Source: Sediminibacterium sp.
Lineage (GTDB): Bacteria > Bacteroidota > Bacteroidia > Chitinophagales > Chitinophagaceae
Length of the DNA: 51,720 nucleotides
NCBI GenBank assembly: GCA_044361485.1
Contig: JBIKIS010000001.1
Span: 1-51,720 of the forward strand
Reading direction: 5' to 3'
Under the pieces are notes generated by a model. The model was given only the letters and a program-made list of their open reading frames with translations. It was not told the origin of the DNA and ran no database searches. The position numbers and the translations under genes were made by a program. This document shows, piece by piece, positions 47,638 to 51,720 of this stretch (its first letter is position 1; each line of letters opens with the position of its first letter).

Positions 47638-48168
47638 CTATTTCATAGTAGCGTTGCCACCTCTGTGGAACTGCCCAAAATGAAAACTACTCACTTGAGC
47701 AGGCTTACCATCAGCTAATACAACTTTAAATAAATAGTCGTAATCGTCATCAGACAGCTGAGCTACAGGTCTTGTGCCTCCAAGTGCTTCAATCATTTCT
47801 AATACGGTATTGGAATGGCCAACAATTAACACTGACTTATCTTGCTTATCTAGGTGCATAAAGTCAAGTACCGAATATAAGCTTTTAGGATTGTATATTT
47901 CTATCGGCATATTAAAATAGGTGGCCGTTTGTTTTGTTCTTTTGGTATCTGTAGAAAATATTTTTACAATGTTTTCTTTTTGCAAATAAGCCGCTAAATC
48001 TTTAGCCCTTTGCATACCAACACCCGTTAAATCCGGATTTAGTCTGTTTGCAAAAGAAGTATCTTTTTCTGCATGTCTAACAATCCAAACGGTTGTTTTT
48101 TGAGAAGTTGCTTCTAAACCAATAAGCAATAATAATACTAGAACAAAAGACTTAATACCTTTTAGCAT
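47638..48168 (-). CDS. Histidine phosphatase (SixA/phosphoglycerate mutase-like), secreted
   Basis: IVRHAEK, RTKQTA, LIVGHSNT. Confidence 0.88.
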   Translation of the reverse strand: MLKGIKSFVLVLLLLIGLEATSQKTTVWIVRHAEKDTSFANRLNPDLTGVGMQRAKDLAAYLQKENIVKIFSTDTKRTKQTATYFNMPIEIYNPKSLYSVLDFMHLDKQDKSVLIVGHSNTVLEMIEALGGTRPVAQLSDDDYDYLFKVVLADGKPAQVSSFHFGQFHRGGNATMK

Positions 48169-48195
48169 GACGTTTATTTTGGTGCGAATTAAATT

Positions 48196-48232
48196 AAAAA
48201 GGCCCAGTTAGAAAACTAACTGGACCCTTTTA
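48196..48232 (-). terminator. Terminator after susD
   Basis: AAAAAGGCCCAGTTAG-AAAA-CTAACTGGACCCTTTT. Confidence 0.7.
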
Positions 48233-48249
48233 ATATGCAAGAGAAAATT

Positions 48250-49710
48250 CTAATTGTCTTTACAAAGTGGATTTAATAATAACTCTGTAGAAGATATAGG
48301 CCAGATATACTGTTGTGCATCTGATTTAATTTCAGCTACACCAGGCTTAGCCGGTAAAGGAAGTCCTAAGCGAGTAATATCGGTACCTCTAACACCTTCT
48401 CCTAATAATTCAATACGTCTTTCATTTACAATTGCATCTGCTAATGCTGTTGCGTTAGCAAAATCAGCTGTTGTAAAAACAGTTGACGCATCAGAACGAC
48501 CACGTACTGCATTTAATAGAGCAATAGCTTGAGCATCTACTGTATTTGTAGAACGCACTCTTGCTTCTGCTAAACTAAGTAGCACCTCAGCGTATCTGAT
48601 AACAGGTGCATAGTCTGTAAAGATAGAAGCAACACTATATTTTGTCAAGTAGCTTTTACCACCAAACACACCAATCATAGATCTTCTCTTATCGGTTGCT
48701 TTCCATCCAGCATCTGCAATTACACCAGTAGGTAACATAGAGTACTCTCCATTACCTCCATTAAATGCTGCAGGACCATAGTAGTAACCTAATTGGTTTT
48801 GTGTACCTGGTGCTTCATTAGATGCAAATGGCATTGATAAGATAGACTCAGTAGTTGTGTAAGGCGCTTTAAATACATTCGTAATATCTGCTTGTAATGC
48901 ATGTGCTACACCAGATGCTGCTGTATATGGCGCTGCACTACTTACCATTTTATTTGCTTCAGTAATTACATTTGAATAACGACCCATGCTTAAATAAACC
49001 CTTGTTTTAAGTGCAATAGCTGTATTCTTGTGTGCACGAATGGTATTATTTAAAGCGGTGCTATAACTAGCTGGCAAGTTGGTTTCAGCAAAATCTAAAT
49101 CTGCTAAAATTTGGGTGTACACTTCAGCTACTGTTGCTCTTGCTTTTGCATAATCATCAGAACCAGTGTTACCTTTTAAACGAAGTGGTACACCAGGTTT
49201 AGATCCATTGCCATCCCAAAAAGGACGGGCATACAATTGAAGTAATGAGTAATAACTTAAAGCTCTTAATAATCGAGCTTCTGCTTGATAGTTATTAGAA
49301 AGTGGTGTTCCAACAACTGCAGTTCCTTTAGCGGTCATGCCCTCTAAAAATACGTTTGCTAAGTTAATTACATAGTAGGCTCTTGACCAATGGTTTTGAA
49401 CAGAGTTCGTAGAACTGTTTGATGGTGTATAGTTCCAAACATCAAAGCCAGTTACAACGTTGGTTCTTTCATTCATAAAATCACCACCACGGATATCGTT
49501 AAATACTTGGTAACGACCACCGTACATACCTGAATTTTTAATAGAGGCATAAATTGCTCTTACCTGACCTTCAACTCTATCCTTACTATCAAATGCAGTA
49601 AGATCAGAGATTACGTTGGTAGGAACCGGATTTACAAAATTTTCTTTGGCGCAAGAGGTCATTTGAACAAGACCCGCAGCCATCAAAATGTATAATAGAT
49701 TCTTTTTCAT
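48250..49710 (-). CDS. RagB/SusD family nutrient-binding lipoprotein
   Basis: MTSC lipobox; EARLLRAL.Y, RYAEVLLSLAEA, ERRIELLGEG.R, WPI. Confidence 0.95.
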   Translation of the reverse strand: MKKNLLYILMAAGLVQMTSCAKENFVNPVPTNVISDLTAFDSKDRVEGQVRAIYASIKNSGMYGGRYQVFNDIRGGDFMNERTNVVTGFDVWNYTPSNSSTNSVQNHWSRAYYVINLANVFLEGMTAKGTAVVGTPLSNNYQAEARLLRALSYYSLLQLYARPFWDGNGSKPGVPLRLKGNTGSDDYAKARATVAEVYTQILADLDFAETNLPASYSTALNNTIRAHKNTAIALKTRVYLSMGRYSNVITEANKMVSSAAPYTAASGVAHALQADITNVFKAPYTTTESILSMPFASNEAPGTQNQLGYYYGPAAFNGGNGEYSMLPTGVIADAGWKATDKRRSMIGVFGGKSYLTKYSVASIFTDYAPVIRYAEVLLSLAEARVRSTNTVDAQAIALLNAVRGRSDASTVFTTADFANATALADAIVNERRIELLGEGVRGTDITRLGLPLPAKPGVAEIKSDAQQYIWPISSTELLLNPLCKDN

Positions 49711-49734
49711 TTTTCTTAATTAATAGTTTAACAA

Positions 49735-51720
49735 TTAGAACCCAACGTTGATACCAACAGTAATTGTACGTTGGTTAGCTACGGTGTTTCTGTCAATACC
49801 AAAATTGGTAGTGCCGTTTCCGTTAGAAGAAACCTCAGGATCAGGTCCTGGATATGCTGTTAAGATAAGCAAGTTGTTTCCTGAAACATAAAAACGTGCA
49901 TTTGAAATTTTGATTTTGTCCAACATATTTTTTGGAAAATTATATCCAAGTGTTAGTGTTCTTAACTTAATAAAATCACCTTTAAATACGTTGATGTCAA
50001 GTGGAAAAGAAGAACCGTTAGAAACGTTGTCTCCAAATACAGGTCTTGGAAATTCAGTAACGTCTCCAGCTTTTTGCCATCTATTTAAAACACCAACTTC
50101 ATTGTTCCAGAAACGTTGATCTCTTAAACCAGCTTGCGTACCATAATACAACCAGTTACCCATTTGATAAGTAAATAACGCATTCATTTCAAAGTTTTTG
50201 AACCTTACGTTATTTTCAAAACCACCAAATATTTTAGCGTGTGTATTTTTGTATACAATCGCATCTGCACTACTCACAGTTGGAGCTACGCTTCCATCAG
50301 CATACATGAAACGAGATTGACCTGCTGGTGCAACGTGTTGGAAAAATACTTGTCTACCTTGTGCATTCAAGAAAATTCTTCGTCCAGAAGCTGGATCAAC
50401 ACCTGCTGTTCTTGTTACAAACAACATACCAATTGGATTACCCGGCATGGTAATACTTGGATTTTCTAAACCACCTGTAGAACCAATAATGTTGGTGATA
50501 CCTGGTGCCAAAGACAATACTTTATTATCGTTGGTTGATAAGTTAAATGAAGTCGTCCAAGAGAAATCTTTGTTTTGAACTACATTGTATTTAATATCAA
50601 ATTCAAAACCTCTATTGTACATAGATCCAATGTTGGTAGGAATATTTGAAGGTAAACCAGCAGATGGAGGTTGTGGAACAAATAATAATAAACCATCGTT
50701 GTTACTATTATAGTATCCAATTTCTGCAGTTAAACGATCATTAAATAAACCAAAGTTTAAACCAACGTCTGTTTTTTTACTGGTTTCCCAAGTAAGGTTT
50801 GGATTACCTGCTTGGCTATAACCAACAGTTCCAGCACTTCCATATAAACCAGAGCTAAAAGTTGATAATGATGCAAAGTTTCCTAAGCCACCAATATTAC
50901 CAACTTTACCATAACTACTTCTTACACGTAAGCTGCTAAATACTTTGTCTAGCTTCATGTTCTGAATGAATTTTTCAGATAACACATCCCAGCTTGCAGA
51001 CACACCCCAGAATACACCGTACTTGCTGTTAACACCTAATTGAGATGCTCCATCTCTACGCACGTTAGCAGTTAAAAAATATTTTCTGCTAAAATTATAC
51101 TGCGCACGCGCAAACTCAGAGTATAAATAATTTTCGCCAATACCTAATCCAGAAGTGTTAGGGGTAACCCATCCACCCTGAATATTTGTAAATGCAGGAT
51201 CCGCAACAGTTACACGGTTTAGACCATAACTGTTTTGATCAGACTTTTGTTGCTCCACACCCGCAAGAACACTTACATTATGCTTTTGTGCAAACACTTT
51301 ATCAAATTGAGCAGTGGTTGTCCAAACCCAACGTTTGTTCTTATTAAAAATGGCAGAAACAGAACCTGTAGTTGAAAAACCTTCTCCAGATAATGGATGA
51401 GAGTATACATCATTATCAACCATTAAATAATCAAGACCATATTGTGTTCTTACCGCTAACCAACTTACTGGTTTAAACTGTGCATATAAGTTGCTAATTA
51501 AATGCTCACCATAGCTATTAGATCTGTTTAAGTCCATAGTAATTTGAGGATTGTAAAAACCTACTTGGCCTAATTTATTACCCATTACACCAATAAGTCC
51601 ATTTGCTTGGTTATATGAACCATCTGCATTGAAAGGACCAACGTTAGGTGCCGTAATTAAAGCCACACGACCTAAGCCTGCTGTTGCAAATGCATCACCT
51701 AATGATCCAGAACTTGTAGC
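49735..51720 (-). CDS. SusC/RagA family TonB-linked outer-membrane protein (5' part outside the window)
   Basis: RRDGAS, LRVRSSYGKVGN, GNPNLTWETS, GDFIKLRTLTLGY, YPGPDPE, GINVGF; frame appears to continue to the window edge. Confidence 0.95.
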   Translation of the reverse strand, partial: ATSSGSLGDAFATAGLGRVALITAPNVGPFNADGSYNQANGLIGVMGNKLGQVGFYNPQITMDLNRSNSYGEHLISNLYAQFKPVSWLAVRTQYGLDYLMVDNDVYSHPLSGEGFSTTGSVSAIFNKNKRWVWTTTAQFDKVFAQKHNVSVLAGVEQQKSDQNSYGLNRVTVADPAFTNIQGGWVTPNTSGLGIGENYLYSEFARAQYNFSRKYFLTANVRRDGASQLGVNSKYGVFWGVSASWDVLSEKFIQNMKLDKVFSSLRVRSSYGKVGNIGGLGNFASLSTFSSGLYGSAGTVGYSQAGNPNLTWETSKKTDVGLNFGLFNDRLTAEIGYYNSNNDGLLLFVPQPPSAGLPSNIPTNIGSMYNRGFEFDIKYNVVQNKDFSWTTSFNLSTNDNKVLSLAPGITNIIGSTGGLENPSITMPGNPIGMLFVTRTAGVDPASGRRIFLNAQGRQVFFQHVAPAGQSRFMYADGSVAPTVSSADAIVYKNTHAKIFGGFENNVRFKNFEMNALFTYQMGNWLYYGTQAGLRDQRFWNNEVGVLNRWQKAGDVTEFPRPVFGDNVSNGSSFPLDINVFKGDFIKLRTLTLGYNFPKNMLDKIKISNARFYVSGNNLLILTAYPGPDPEVSSNGNGTTNFGIDRNTVANQRTITVGINVGF

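Noticed and set aside
87-50469. Numerous short antisense or nested ORFs in the track (e.g. 87-281, 12580-12954, 27436-27735, 41887-42288, 44887-45192)
   Set aside because: They are shadows of well-supported genes on the opposite strand or in another frame, with no independent motifs.

Overview
AT-rich Bacteroidota chromosome segment. The lineage is inferred from SusC/SusD, TAnnTTTG promoters and Bacteroidota-type gene families, and looks Chitinophagaceae-like. Left end: rimP-nusA with a leader terminator, a HAD phosphatase and a tRNA(CAT), probably Ile2, at 2911-2984. The 3' half of this tRNA recurs at 10307-10350 (44/44) and 18180-18225 (44/46). These copies delimit two tandem islands of about 7.4 and 7.9 kb, and neither has a tyrosine integrase. 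Island 1 carries a type IIG restriction-modification enzyme, a small serine recombinase, a PD-(D/E)xK nuclease and a DUF1566 protein. Island 2 starts with decayed type IIG and DUF262 fragments and is then filled with secreted modular proteins. Together the islands hold eight DUF1566/Lcl C-type-lectin domains. Several of their variable segments have an NNY-codon bias resembling a fossil of diversity-generating retroelement (DGR) mutagenesis, although no reverse transcriptase (RT) or template repeat (TR) is in the window. Two of the proteins share an unrecognised Cys-rich C-terminal domain, and two genes share a homologous promoter motif. The rest is chromosomal: a phosphorus-scavenging set (TonB receptor plus phytase; PhoX-like lipoprotein plus imelysin/di-haem peroxidase fusion, both with Pho-box-like 11-bp repeats), HDAC, photolyase, desaturase, VPS10-like protein, kbl-tdh, fasciclin, TonB receptor, M14 peptidase and a SusC/SusD pair cut by the right edge.
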